Assembly: GCA_965235115.1 (NCBI GenBank)
Contig: OZ249442.1
Location: 27,714,001-27,778,000, forward strand
Length of the DNA: 64,000 nucleotides
Direction of reading: 5' to 3'
Source: Laetmonice hystrix
Lineage: Eukaryota
A program made the translations under genes and the position numbers. This document shows, piece by piece, positions 63,928 to 64,000 of the stretch; the stretch's first letter is position 1, and each line of letters opens with the position of its first letter. Below the pieces are notes generated by a model that was given only the letters and a program-made list of their open reading frames with translations, ran no database searches and was not told where the DNA came from.

Positions 63928-64000
63928 CCCCCCCAACAATGACCCCCCTAAATCCGCGCCTGGCCCGTTGGATCCGCCACTGCATGGACGGAGGAGCCAC

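Overview
Eukaryotic (animal, probably marine invertebrate) genomic DNA with spliceosomal GT-AG introns. There is no rRNA, tRNA or CRISPR array. Four protein-coding genes are supported, all on the minus strand. (1) An intronless alpha-1,2-fucosyltransferase (GT11). (2) A multi-exon gene that I reconstruct by hand as tandem CARD-like death-fold domains spliced in frame to a BTB-Kelch terminal exon that lacks a BACK domain; this is the most unusual item. (3) A complete 10-exon PIGT with one GC-AG intron. (4) A 5-exon C2H2 zinc-finger gene with ZNF653/ZFP91-like terminal fingers. About 12.8 kb (~20%) of the window is 18 unrelated minisatellites (15-77 bp units), and several of them start exactly on splice sites and multiply them. 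Many DNA-transposon remnants are present: Kolobok-type (TTAA TSD), MITEs with 5-bp TSDs, 45-77 bp mini-elements with 9-bp TSDs, a foldback element, and Harbinger and hAT transposase relics. Two LINE fragments are also present. All gene models and family assignments were made by eye without database searches.
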